Origin: Leptogorgia sarmentosa | Lineage: Eukaryota | Length of the DNA stretch: 64,000 nucleotides | Direction of reading: 5' to 3' | Assembly (NCBI GenBank): GCA_964658305.1 | Contig: OZ210884.1 | Coordinates: 5,890,001-5,954,000, forward strand | Part shown: piece after piece, positions 38,948 through 52,206 of the stretch | How the letters are laid out: each line of letters begins with the position of its first letter | Numbering within the stretch: the stretch's first letter is position 1 | Position numbers and translations under genes: made by a program | Notes under the pieces: model-generated | What the model saw: the letters and a program-made list of their open reading frames with translations, nothing else | What the model was told of the DNA's origin: nothing | Database searches by the model: none

Positions 38948-40508
38948 GAAAATCGCTCTGGTATTTGCGGTAAGATTTGCGAGTGTAAACCAACCTGAAC
39001 GAGCAGCCAGACGTTTCCTTTCACTCAAATTAGAAACATCGTATAACTTTCCCTGGATTTGAAAATTATGATTCATACTCCCGTTGAACCTGACTGTGCT
39101 GTAGAACTAAATTTACGAAGAGGAGGGGGGGCTCTGTTGACGAGCGTGAAGCCATGAATTCGTAAGGACGCCATTTTAGTAATCTTAAAGACACCATTTT
39201 GGCAATTTTGATTCTACATCATGAAAATATAGTTAGTCCTTTAATTTTAAAGAATCGATTTTCTAAAGTAGAAGAGGGGCTCAGCCCCATCAAAGGTCAA
39301 AGCTTGAAGAAGAGGGGTCCTCCCCCTGTGCGCCCCCCACCTCTACAGCACTGTGTTGCACAATGTTGGCTTCGTTTTAACAGGCCTTTTGGTGAGGGAA
39401 GTATTAATTATATTTTGCTTCACATTGATACACATTAAACTACGCACGCCTACACTTGCAATTGCCAGTAACACAATGTTAAAACGAAGCCAACAGCCCA
39501 AAATGTTCGATTCCGAGCGAGGCCAGGCTAATTTTTCAGCCTGCCCGGTGTGGATATATACTCAAGAGTAACATCACAATAACATGTGATGTTTGTCCAA
39601 TATTAGCATTGTTGGAATCAATGCTTTGTTGCATTGATTCCAACAATGGACAGCTTTCCAACCCTAAAGGTTGGACCCTATCATAAAGATAATCCCAAGT
39701 AATCCAGGGTCTTTGATCTCTACCGTCCGGAACTAGGCCACACTTCTTTGTTGTTGTGCGCGGTCATTAGATTTCCCAAAGGTCCACAGTAGAAGGAAAA
39801 CTGTAATATTCTGTGCAAGAAATCAAAGGTATATCCTAGTTTCCTTCCTTATTCATAATAGTATTTAGGTGCATTAAAATGGTATATTGATTTGTATCCT
39901 GATGAAATTGAACTACATTTACTAATTTTGCAACATTTAAACAATGTTACAAATTAACAATGTTACAATTTATCGAAGTTTGAGCAAATAGTGGAGTAGA
40001 AATGTAATTTTACTGTAATGTGGATCATTCTTTGTATCAGGGGCGATCAAAATCACTAGAAATCGAGCCTAAACTCAACTACTTGTAATTTTCAACTTCT
40101 CATTTCCAATAGATATTATTGGTATTATTTGCCATCAATGCTTAGTGGTTTATCCCATCTATGCCAGTGAAATACAGAATCTTCTATTCCCAGAATCTCT
40201 TTTCCCATACAGTATTTAATCCGGTATTTAATAGCTCCAAAGTTAAGCATTGCCATTGTTTGTCCTCACCCAACTGATGGCTAGCTCTTGGATGGTGGGG
40301 GCAAAGTTTATTACCCCTAAGGGTGGGAATCACAAGTGTGCACAGCATGGTAGACGTACAGATATCGTAGTTACTAATTTTACAGGCTAAGCTAAGGTAT
40401 TGTATTGGGGTGGTACCACAAATGAAAATTGATAAAATGAATGAATCAACAGTGATTTTAAATGTCATGTCAATCTTATTAATATTATTATTACTTTTGT
40501 AGTTAGCA

Positions 40509-43500
40509 ATGGATGAGAGCGATGATCCAGACAGCGAAGTTGAGATATCAAGGAAAAGAAAATTAAATATTTTTGACGATGAAGATAGTGATGAAACTGA
40601 TGGTGGTGATGATGAAGGTAAATTGCTACGTCTTTATCATTTATAATAATTTGATTATTTAGATTACTTTCTATGATATTGCCATTTTCCATCAATTGGA
40701 CAAATACAAGCTTTACATTTTGTGCATATTGGGTGAAGCAGTGACACAATTCTCACATACAGCCTATATACCCTGCAATTAGTTAGCAGAGCATATTGCA
40801 AAGTAAAAATAATTATGGTAGATTCCAATCTTGATGTTTTGAATTTGCCTGAAAATATTTGATGTAACATTGTATGTATTTTTATTTGGCATAGAAAGTG
40901 AAAGTGATGGTGAAGATGAGAGTGATGACTCTGAAGATGATCCTGATGATGACATAAAACTTACTGACGACACCAACAAAGACCAGTGTGCTATATGTTT
41001 AATGGAGTTTACTGATCAGAAAGTTGGCATACCAAACAACTGCACACATGTATTTTGTTTGGTTTGCATACAAGAATGGGCCAAGGTTTCTACAAGCCAT
41101 TTTTCTTTCTTTTATTTTCCTGTGTGCGCATTCTCACATTTTTGAAACGTTCATTGATGATATTATACAGTACCTCAAATTCAAACGTTTTGAATTTCAA
41201 CAATCTAAAGGTTTAATTCACATTTACATCGCGTGAACGTGCGATTTTGCACTGAAGTATCGTCCAAAATGTGCGGGGCGACTGGGCGTGAGTGAATTTC
41301 GTTTTTGACCAATCGTCACATTTGTTTACCTTTTGACCCTAAGCCAATGAGATCGCGTAGATTTATTTTATTTCCGGTTTGGACATGTATTTCAATACGA
41401 AACTTATGGTCGTGGTGCGGCCTTGAGTTAAGGGATCTATTAAACTGTCTAGTTTTTGAACTTTTGAACACATTTCAACAAAATCTAAAAGAACTATAAC
41501 ATTTTCTAAAAATTTACCGCTGGTATTTGGGTTTGATCGCTAAAAGGGAAAAATTAATCCGCTTTGAAAAAAAACATCGTACGCAGTACACAAATAGCTC
41601 ATTCTGGAATATACACTATAGCATCCATATAATATAAATACCCCCTAAGATATATACGTTCTTAAATCATGTACTTTTTTGCAGAACATCAACACATGTC
41701 CAGTAGATCGGAAGGTGTTTTATACAATTTCAGTAAAGAAAGCTAAAAATGGAGTGACCGTAGAAGAGGTAATCTTTTGAAATTTCGAAACTTTGGAAAT
41801 TCAAGTGAAATTAAACCTTCATTTTACGAGGACCCAATGCGATCACACGTTAAATATTGAAAATAAGATTTATTCAAACATAAATCGCTAGGAAATGAAT
41901 GTCAACTTCAGGTTTTAGATTCGGCACTTCGAGCGGCACTACATATTTATTAATGTCGTTTAAAACGTTGGGAAATGAAATAAACGACATACAAATTATA
42001 TAAACGACAGGTTTATTCAATAAATTTGGTTAAATATTTACCAAATTGCTTTGAACTAATTCAATTTGTCGATTTCACACACGACAAATACTGCGAGGAA
42101 GCCATTAAATGTCCGACGTGAATTGAGCACAAAAACATTCTGAAAAATTAGCCAATCAGGGCCAAGTAATTTTTCCGCCTGAATTAAGAAAAATGCCCTC
42201 CTTATTAGCCAATCAAGTTCTAGTAGTTTTGCTCTCTATATGGTTAGACTAATTATTGCATGATTATATCAGCAATTACATTTGGAAAAGAAAAATGTTC
42301 GTTCATTTCACGGATTTAGTATATGGCTGAAATAAATGCCGCACGCTGATTGGTTGATTAGGGGTTTAGGAAAGTCAGGAAAGTCATCAAAATTTTTGAG
42401 GAAACTAAACCTTATTAAGGAGCAATGATTGTAAATTTTGCCAAAATGGGACGAGCTTGCGATGTGTCAATATGATATTGTCCTGAATGTTCATGAATGA
42501 TGTTATGATGTACTCAGGTTTAGAATGTTATTGTGATGTTACTCTGAGTATATATCCACACCGGGCAGGCTGAAAAATTAGCCTGGCCTTGGTGGGAATC
42601 AAACCCGCGACCTTTGGTTTACTAAGTCCAATGCTCCACCAACTGAGCTACGAGGTCAAGTTGGTCCGATTGTATCATATTTCGGAACTAGTAAACCAAA
42701 GGTCGCGGGTTCGATTCCCAGGGAGACCAGGTTAATTTTTCAGCCTGCCTGATGTGGATATACTGAGAGTAACATCACAATAACTTCATATTCTCCTGCC
42801 GAAGCCCAGTCCTGCTGGACGTTTAACCAGAGTTTGGCGCTTCATATTTCATTTAATCAGTGCCTAAGTTTGTTCTTCTCGGTAAACTTCGTTTGTGTTC
42901 AAACATGGCTTTTCATCATTTACTAATAATAATTTGGCTATAACTTTTCTCTTCCATAGATTAAAGTTGAAGATCGAACCCAAGTAAAAGAAGAGCAGTA
43001 CGAAGATCCCACGACCTGTGAGGTAGGCTTCACGCTTGAACTCTTCCTAGAGATAGATTAGAAAGGTTATTTTACAATATATACGGTTGTTTCTCCAGCG
43101 GGAGCAGGACAACCAATATATAATTATTAACGTTTGTATAAGGCCAGTTCACACGAGCGCAAAATTGCACTGTGATAACACAAAATTGCACTGTGATAAC
43201 ACAAAATTGCACTGTGATAACACAAAATTGCACTGTGATAACACAAAATTGCACTGTGATAACACAAAATTGCACTGTTTGCTCCCAAGCTTTGCAATTT
43301 TACTAATTTTAATCGGGATGCTTTTTATTGAGAAGTTTGTCTATTATACAGTCGGTCTATTTGAAAGTTTTCTGTATTATTTTTGGCGTGTGTAGATCTG
43401 CAGAATTGGTGATCGTGAAGATAGGATGCTTCTTTGTGACGGATGTGATCGAGGGTGAGAAATATTTTTGTGGTTTCCAAGAAAGTTATAAAATATAAAA

Positions 43501-46500
43501 CAAATATCGACATCCATTGCAAATCATTACAGTATATTATTTTTTAGCCATATGATTGATAATTCCATTTTTTTCCAATTTCAACCTGAAGTTTACTGTA
43601 TGTTCCTCTATGAAACAAGAATTGTGACAGTCAAAATGAAACTCTTCCATATTTTCAAATTCAACGTGTGAAACTGCGAAATTAAAACCTCCGACGCGTT
43701 GCCTCCTCCGTTTCGTTGAATTTTACTTCATGAAAACAAGAATTTTTTGACTTTCAAAATCACCTGTTCCATCATTCGCAAAAACTCGACTAACGATATT
43801 AAAAACCCTTGCATGATCCATAATTTTATCTTAGATTTCATCTTGAGTGTTTAACTCCACCACTGGATAGCGTGCCCGACGAAGAATGGTTTTGTCGTGA
43901 TTGTTTCGTTGATCATACACAAGACAATACTCAGAAATACGATGCCATTGATTATTCTCAGCATGCCATTGCTTTCTCTGATGATGAGTTACCACCGTTT
44001 GAACAACAAACGCGACCGACTGCTGGTGAGTATATGAATTCATGTTCATGCAATCTTTTTTTAATACATGAGGGAGCTGCTGAATTATCGGAAATTTTCA
44101 AATAATAGAACTGCAATTCTAACTAATGACAACGATGCGTGAATTCTGAATTATTCAAAATTATTGGCAAAGGTTAATTCTAAAGTTGACTCTACGCTAC
44201 ACTTGAATATAGAGCATAAACTCGTTCTATCTGTTTATGCATATGAGGTTGAACTGTTTTAGACCCTGATTAAAATCAATATTGAACAATCAGTTGGCTA
44301 TCTAACCCGGGCAAATTTGATTTCTGGTGCAACGCAATAATCCGCCGCTAAAGTTCATCAAAAGGCTACGACACGCGCTGACGTCGACTTTACTGCTAAT
44401 AGGCAACTCCAATGCTGACTTTACTACAAATTAATGCGCTTTTCCTTAGATCGATGTCCTTCACACAGAATATCAATGTCAGGAGCTTCCACTTCACAGC
44501 AACGTCGCGCAAGAACTGTAGCTACATCGAGGGGAAGAAGACGGCGGAGAACGACCCAAGGAAGACGACGGCCGGAAGGACAACGTTCAAGAAAAAAGAA
44601 GAAAAAGAAGACAAAAACTTCAGATAAAGGTATGCTTCGGCGGCTCTGAATTCAAGTAACTTGCAAGTGAATCCAATAATTACGGGAACCACTGAGTATT
44701 TTCATGAAATACATAACAACGGTAACTCCAAATAACGTAAACATTAATAACGTAAACTTTAATTATTAACTGATGATGACTAAATAAGGTCGAAACGTTG
44801 AATCAAAATGTTTACGTTATTTGGAGTTACCGTTGTTGTTTATTGCAAGTGAAACATGAAGAAAGGTTGAAACAATTATAAAAGTTGTTACATGAAATGT
44901 GTTCTACTGGTCACAATGGAATGACACATTGAGGTTGTTATAAACTTTAGGATATTAGCTCAATGTTCTGCTCAACACAGCCGCGCGCGTGCTGGCGCAC
45001 ACTTTAGTGCTGGTTCATTTTCTGTTAAGCATGCAGTTCCAAACTATTCTGTTAAATATTCATTAGGTACTACTGCTACCACCATACGTACTTCAAAAGA
45101 GAAGAGAAGGAAACGTAAAAAACGTAAAAAAACGACCAAGAAAAAGATGAAGGATAATGAAAGTTCCCATCAGACTACAAGATATCTTTTACCTTGCGAG
45201 ATGGAGCCAACAGCAACGTTCTCGTTATTTGGAAGTGATTTCGATCTGGAGTATCTCCCAGTGATTGAAGCACCAGCTGTTATATCAAAGCAGCCTTCGC
45301 CGCCCAGGTTAGTCAAACTGACGGATGTACTTATGGTTTGTACTTTTTTCTACCCATGCACGGCCCCACAGTATCGGTGGGGAGTTTGGAAAAACTGGAA
45401 GTAATCAGTTGGTGAAAAAGTCTGCATGTAGATTTTTTTCGCATTATTTTATGTTCTGCCAAAGTAATTCTGTAATGTAGCTACTACATAAACACAGAGA
45501 AAATATCATGGGGGGGGGGGGGTTATTAAAAAACATTTTTACTAATTCCCTTATCCATAAAATGGTCGTCTTTCGTGAAGGTGTCCTCAAAATAACAATG
45601 TTTATAGTAATGTCGATGCCCAGAGTAGCTTTCAAATCACTCGGGCTTGATCACCATTTCTTTCGGATGTAACACGATGCTGGAAATTTAAATCAAAACC
45701 AAAAGAACGGAAAATGTTGACCAGTCACACGCATTCGACCATTTGATCAACGCCTGCGTGTATCTTATATTTTTATAGATCCTCGACACCCGCTGATCCA
45801 GATGTACTGGGCTCTATATTTACTGGACTAAACACTCTACACAGCGCTTCCCTTTCAGTCGATAACAAGGGCAGAGTAAAAAGTGAAGAAAGCAAACAAG
45901 CAAATCAGTCGATAACCAAGTCTGAAATTCCAAAATCTTCCACACAAACTACATCTTCATCTCTATCGGGTGAGTAAATAGCTATTTAACAATTGGATTA
46001 CGAGCTCGAAATTGCTGTCTAGGTGGTACTAGAGTCAATGGACCGATTGCCTAATAGACAAAATTTTTAGAAAGTTCGAAATAGTACAATTCATAATAAC
46101 AGAGCATCCCAAAGGTAGTAAAATTGCAGAGTTTGGTTGCGAAATGTTGTAAAATGCGAAAAATATACCCCTGTGAAGTTTGCAAATCTTGTATATTTTA
46201 GTATTACACACGCAAAATTGATACCCTTTTCTCGACTGTGGTATCAATTTGCCGTGCGTAATACTAAAATATACAAGATTTGCAAATTTTATAGGGTCAT
46301 ATCTTGCACATTTTACATCATTTCGCTCCCAAACTTTGCATTTCTACTAATTTTGGGATGTTCTTTAACGCTGTTGCTATGAATTGTACTATTTCGAGAT
46401 TTTTGAAAATTTTGTCTATTATGCAATCGGTCCATTGTAGCATTAAAACAGTCGAGAGCGAGTAATCTAGTTTTAGTTTTCACCCGGTGATCGTGATTTT

Positions 46501-49500
46501 TTTCCGCAATCGTTGAATAGATAGCGCCAATCAAATTATAGCATTGGCCATGTATATTGAATCTATCACTATAAGTTTCAAGTGACATGACCTGAAATAC
46601 ACACTGACGTGGAAATAGCAAAATCAAGTCACCCACAACATTTATAATATTTATGACAAAATAATCGGAATTAAAATTACAGTATACGTAGTGGTCTCGT
46701 TAGATCGGAAATTTTATAGTTGAAAGATGATTCTTTTTGTATGAATGCATATAATTTTTAGTTATGTAATCATATTCATATTCCCTTGTCTCCGATTCTG
46801 TAGGCAATTTGTGTAAATGTCCGTTTGTTCTAGGTAGCACACTTAGTACTTGCTGTCCAAGAGAGATTTCTGTGAACTCCTCAATTCATAGAAATGTGCA
46901 CAAACAGTCGAACTCTCGAAAGATGGAAAAATGCAACGAAACTGAGTCAGCGTCGCGAAAACTTATCAACGAGAAACGATTAGTGCGATTTGATATAAGT
47001 ACGAGTGCACCCACTTTTACCAAACCAAAAACTGATTGTTCGTCGCTTGCTGATCATAAAAACATCTCTCAAAAACGTGACCCTGAAAAGATGGCAAAAC
47101 TGAAATGCAAAGAAGACAAGTTATCAACTTCCTGTGCATCTACTTCCTCGTCACGCAGTCGGTCAGAAACAGAACTGAGAGCCTCTCAACCATCTCTTGC
47201 CTCGTATAGAATTCCAAGGAAACCCTCCACTTCAGCGTCTAATCTCGCACCAGCTATGCCCAAGAGCAAAACTTTATGTGCTAAGTCGGCTGCTAAATCT
47301 AAATCGCCTATAAAATCACTTGTTAATTCTTCCGAAAGTAGGACTGCACGAAGTGAGTCTAAAGTCCCGAATGTTCCTAAAGAAAGTTCTGGAATTTTAC
47401 ATCTTCTTCCTGCCGAGGTAGGAGGATCTTCTGTGAGGCAAACTAGGATAGCGGGTGGAGAAAATACGTGTAACGAAGGCATAGAAAATGATCCTAAACA
47501 AAGTCCTATCACAGGTTTGATTGTTTCAAATACTCGTAGTGTTTCAAAAACAAAAGATGAAAGAAGTTTTGAAAGTGCCAGTAAGATTTCAAATTCAAGA
47601 TCCAATCGTACTGCTAATGTTCCGTACGCCAACGAGGGAAATACTCCTCGATATCCAGCACCTGAGAATACATCAGTCCGCAGACAATTGTTGAGTAATG
47701 TCAAAATTACCAGTACTCGTAAAGATCACTCATCGTTCGATGTACCATCTTCATCAGGCCAAACCTTTCAATATGTTGAACCGTCTCGTCCTGTCGCTGT
47801 CGTCCGTCCTACGAAAATTGATGAAAATAATTGTCGAGAAACTTCTTCACATGACACGGAAGCTGCTAAAAGACGTAAAGAGGTATGATAAAAATATCTT
47901 CGTTTGGATACAGGAGGCCGAGATATCTTTAGTTACCCGCGAATGTTACTTAAGTTAGGGACTGGTCACAATGGATGATAGGGAATGGCACTGAATGTTT
48001 TTTCTTGTAAAATGTTAATTTGCTTCATCCAACTCTTTTATCTTCGGTGTCAACTACCCTGCCCTTCCCTACGGATTGTTGTGTACGTGTTTAGTGATCT
48101 TGACAAACTGGAAAACATTAATTCCGCAACAAAAATGTTTCTGAATTTATTCGGAAAAACATTTTTTCTCCCCGGCCAGAAAATTTTATATCGCAACAAC
48201 GTGTACGAGAGTGAGAAAACAGAGAAACATTTACGAAAATATAATGTTTTCGCAACATTATATAAATATTTTATGTTTTTGCATCATTATGCCGGTGTTG
48301 ATAATCCTTATAATCGTCAAGGGATTAACCTGTTGCATGATTATGCCTGTTGCATGTTGTATCTTCAAATGATAAAGCTAACTCCACAAAGAGCTCGCAT
48401 CATAAGCCTACAAGATGGGATTCGAGTTTTAAAACTGGCTTCAAACTGAATTTGCGCCGCAATTGTCGTACCCAGAGCTTCGATCGGGTGGTTGACGATA
48501 ACACATTGTTTTCATCGTTTTTACGCTTTCTCAAATGCAGCATACGATTTATAGTCGCGATTGATTTGCTTTTTTATGGTATCCGCAGACAGGTCTTTTG
48601 TGACTTGCAATAGCTTTATCGTGTGTGTTTTTTTGAATTTCTTTTAGGGAATTGAGAGGTTGCAGCGACGGCAAATTATTTGCGAAGAAGTTAAAAATGC
48701 GTTGAAACCATTTTACAAACATAGAGAAATATCAAAAGAAAATTATAAACACATTTATAGTCGGGCAGCTGAGAAGGTTGGTATATGGTTGACCGTAGAC
48801 TGCCTATTTTTTCTATGGTAAAACCAAAATATTTTCCTCGCATGAAATTATCGTGATTGGACCGGGGTATAGGTTGCCCGTTTTAATAGCACATTTACTA
48901 TAAACCATTTACTTAAACGGTGGATAAGTCGATAATATTGAGGGAATCTATGTTTCATTGAACATTGTGCTGTATTCACTCAATTATATCTTTGGTTATT
49001 CTGTATGAAACTAGTTGAAATTTTGTTATTATGTTGGTTATGAGTACTAGTATATATAGCTCTGACAAAAATATAGAATCGAAACAAAGAATATCATGGG
49101 AGATATTCAGTTTTTCAACCAAAAAATTAAATGAATTTTTATCTGAAAGCTAGTCCCTGTCCTTCCCCGTGTATTGAAATGGTAGAACTACCATATGTAT
49201 GTATTTAGTATTAATTTAAAATTCATGTTCCGGCACAAGATAGGAGTAGAAAGAAAAAAATAATACAGTAGCTAATCATGCTTGCGAGGATTGTGTTTCA
49301 TCTACATCGTGCAGTATCAAAACAGCTCAAAACAGTAATCAATTCACAGCATTATTTAACTTCTTGTACAACTGAATTTACATGCATGACTTATTAAAAA
49401 GCCTACATCATGATGGCCCTTCATTCACTCAGTAATTCGTTTTGACTGGACCAGTTAAAAAACTATTCTAGTCTGATTTCTCCCCATTACCCGTTTTATA

Positions 49501-49846
49501 CGAATCAACGAACGTTTTGTGTGTGTCGAATACTCAAGTGGGTTTTTAAGTAAATGCGTCAAGTCAAAATTAATTGGGGCTATCTCTGGTTATTGCAATA
49601 CTTCGTCAATGCACGGGATATACCTAACAGAGAGAACCAATCTCAACATCTACACCCTGCCACGATTTCTCCCTCCCCTCGCCCTTTGGAAGACATTGAA
49701 TAATTAATCTTAAATAATTTATAACTGATTTGTAGATCAGCAAATCAACGCTCCCTGTGGTGTCACGTGATGTTGCCAACTTGGTCAGAAATTACGTGAA
49801 AAAACTGAAAGGCCGTCAAAGTCAGCAAACATTGTGTAAAGACTAG
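40509..49846 (+). CDS. PHRF1: PHD and RING finger domain protein, PHRF1-like (~865 aa; exons 40509-40617, 40895-41085, 41685-41768, 42960-43022, 43396-43454, 43835-44025, 44450-44629, 45067-45307, 45779-45969, 46834-47882, 48648-48776, 49736-49846)
   Basis: RING CAICL...CTHVFCLVCIQEWAK|NINTCPVDR; PHD CE|ICRIGDREDRMLLCDGCDRG|FHLECLTPPLDSVPDEEWFCRDC; FSLFG and DVLGSIF motifs; C-terminal SRI-like EEVKNALKPFYKHREISKENYKHIYSRAAEK|ISKS...VANLVRNYVKKLK. All 11 introns are GT-AG and in phase (2,598 nt). Confidence 0.88.
42525..42785. repeat. Inverted pair of tRNA-derived SINE-like heads (fragment also at ~39505-39582)
   Basis: Minus-strand TAGCTCAGTTGGTGGAGC...GGTCGCGGGTTTGATTCCC faces plus-strand GGTCGCGGGTTCGATTCCC...TTTTTCAGCCTGCC...GAGTAACATCACAATAAC. 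Confidence 0.65.
43160..43277 (+). repeat. 21-bp minisatellite (CAAAATTGCACTGTGATAACA) x~5.5
   Basis: Perfect tandem copies in a PHRF1-like intron. Confidence 0.95.
44672..44842 (+). mobile_element. Short Penelope-like terminal remnant with hammerhead core, inverted arms and flanking direct repeat TTGCAAGTGAA
   Basis: CTGATGATGACTAAATAAGGTCGAAACGTT at 44770-44799; arms ACAACGGTAACTCCAAATAACGTAAACATT / AATGTTTACGTTATTTGGAGTTACCGTTGT; TTGCAAGTGAA at 44661 and 44843. Confidence 0.6.
46036..46437. mobile_element. Foldback-type MITE (~400 bp, almost entirely palindromic)
   Basis: CAATGGACCGATTGCCTAATAGACAAAATTTT ... AAAATTTTGTCTATTATGCAATCGGTCCATTG with long imperfect arms; a partial relative lies at ~30830-30930. 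Confidence 0.8.
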
Positions 49847-50276
49847 TTTTTCTATCGATGTATATATTATACCTATGTCTATTAAATTACAAGCAAGTCC
49901 ATCTGCAAAATGAATTGCTATAATGGCGATGGTGTCACATTCAGAATAAATAACACAAAACTTTAAAAATACTGGGGCCGGTTGTAAGAAAGGCATTTCG
50001 CTTAAACTGTGTATGAATTAATAATATAGAGACTACAAGAAAAGTGACTTTTTCTGTTTAAACAATAATTATGCACAGAACTACAACCAATTATACAGTT
50101 GGTGAAATTTAATTTCAATATATTACTTGAATTATTTAATAATCAATAGGAATGCTTCTAAATTTTTCCTATACACCATCAAAGCCAAATGCTTCTGATA
50201 CAGCCGCCCCCTGAATTATAATTTGCGTTACGCCAGTAAATAAAATCGTTATTCAGACTTCGTACAATATATTCTA

Positions 50277-51773
50277 TCAACTATCAGATTTCTTCTTTTT
50301 ACGTTTTTTATCAGGAGAATAGTTATCTTTAGGACTACATTTGGAACTTGAGTTATCTGGAAACAGCACGTCCTGTTTTTTTCGTTTCTTCTTTTCTTTT
50401 TTACAAGAATGTTTACTAGACAAATCCCGATCAACTTTCTCTGGACCTTTTGTTGCTTTACTTTTGTTGTTTTCACCAACGCTTTCTGATTGGTCCAATG
50501 ACAACATGTGATTCTGATTTGAGTCTAAACTTTCATTCCTGTAGATATTTGAAAATACAAAGAAAAGAAAAGAAAAGATGAGAAATTGGCAGCTAGTACC
50601 TATACGTTTGATGTTAAAATTTCTACAAGTAACCCCTCAGTTGAACAGAAAAAACATCAGGCTGCAATTTCATCTTAATATGAGAACATATACAACCAGG
50701 TCCAAAGGCTGCAGAAGGCTATCCACTGGTTAATGACGTTCATATCTCCTAACGCCCAATCCTGACCTTCACCCTAACCTTACAATAATCTTAACCTCAA
50801 AGCAAGTCGAAACCATAAATCTACCCCAATGCTAACTATGATCCTATTTCTGAAAACCTAACAGCCCTTAAGTCGGCACATGTTTTGATGTTGAACAATG
50901 TTGTGCAGGCCGCAATGTTCATTGTTGTAAAGAAAATTGTTCAGCAATGTCACAATTTATTATGGCTGATTATTGTTGAAAACTATGAATGTGGACTGCA
51001 CAACATTTGCTCAAAATTTTTCTCTTTTCTTTCCTTGATGAAAAGGTTGATGAAAACAAGATTGAAGAATGTTATGTCGCCTAAATTGTTCACAGTTTTT
51101 AACAATATTAGCAATGTTGTTGAGCTTTAATCATGTAAGCAAACAATGCATACTTCATATACTTCATGTCTTTGTCTTTAATACGTCCTGCAATTGACAA
51201 CACTCCTCCAACACTTCTTAAATCTAACACACGAAATACAAACTCAGTTCCAATCTCAAGGGTATTTCCAATCCAGCCATTTTGAGAAGATCGGGGTTTA
51301 GCCAAGGATGCATTAAACCTCCCATGAACTAAACATCCAACATGGCTGCTGCTTATCTTATTTACCACTCCAACTAACTTCTTTCCAATCTCGGGTTTAA
51401 ATATAATATACTTCACTTTAATATTAAAATGCAGCAATGGAGATTCATCGCAAATCTCCGCTGATCTCTGTAGTAATTTTATATTGTCATAAGCAACTAT
51501 AATCCCGCCATATTCATCACGAAATTTCCAACGTTGTATTTTTTGCTCTATTTGTTTGTCAACTCCCTGTTTAATACGCCCAATATAATATGGGGACAAA
51601 GCTATATGTTCTTCAGTTTCTATTTCTACAAAACATGAATGTTTATCATTGCATTTTTGTTTGGCCTCGGCAAAACTCCAAATATTTGATCTTGTTGTCT
51701 CATCCGCCATGTTGATTTTCTCCACGTGGGCTCTTCGTTCGAATATGACGTCATATCTGCCATTGGACGCCAT
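50277..51773 (-). CDS. POLR1F: DNA-directed RNA polymerase I subunit RPA43 (~293 aa; exons 51773-51154, 50538-50277; alternative start 51710)
   Basis: HIALSPYY...GIIVAYDNIKL...IFKPEIGKKLVGVVNKISSSHVGCLVHGRFNASL (Rpb7/RPA43 fold) and a Lys-rich C-terminal tail; phase-2 intron. Confidence 0.9.
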
Positions 51774-52088
51774 CTTGGTTGACACTTCGAAGTTTATTTC
51801 ACTGGTTTTATTTAATGGGTTTATACAATGGTTTATACTGAAGCTAAAAACATGGCGGATTTCAAGCCGTTACCATGACAGCACTTTCTCTGTCCTCATG
51901 GTAGTCACCACTGACCAACCGCGATCGAAAGGTTGCGATGACAGCATTCTCCCCCCTGGTTTTTGACAGCATTCTCCCCCCCCCCCCAGCTGCCCCCCTT
52001 GCCCCCCCCCCCCGCGCCTCGTATGTCTATGGTAATAGACCATGGTTGGGTGTATACTAAACACCTACAGGAGAACCTAGTCGCAGTC

Positions 52089-52163
52089 CAACCTCGTTCC
52101 CGGGGTCTTGATCCTCTCGCTCCCCGCTTGAGCGAGAGGATCAAGACCCTGGGAACGAGGTTG
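52089..52163. mobile_element. 75-bp hairpin MITE
   Basis: CAACCTCGTTCCCGGGGTCTTGATCCTCTCGCTC...GAGCGAGAGGATCAAGACCCTGGGAACGAGGTTG flanked by the direct repeat GTCGCAGT. Confidence 0.8.
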
Positions 52164-52206
52164 GTCGCAGTGAATTGAGGAGCGAGCCAGCGTTCCTTTT
52201 CACAGC

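Noticed and set aside
47985..48449. 154-aa intronic ORF
   Set aside because: No recognisable domain, repeat-like composition, and it lies within a well-supported intron.
24783..49846. Single long PHRF1 gene spanning both loci
   Set aside because: Each locus has its own stop and SRI-like domain, the domain order would be wrong, and two unrelated same-strand genes lie between them.
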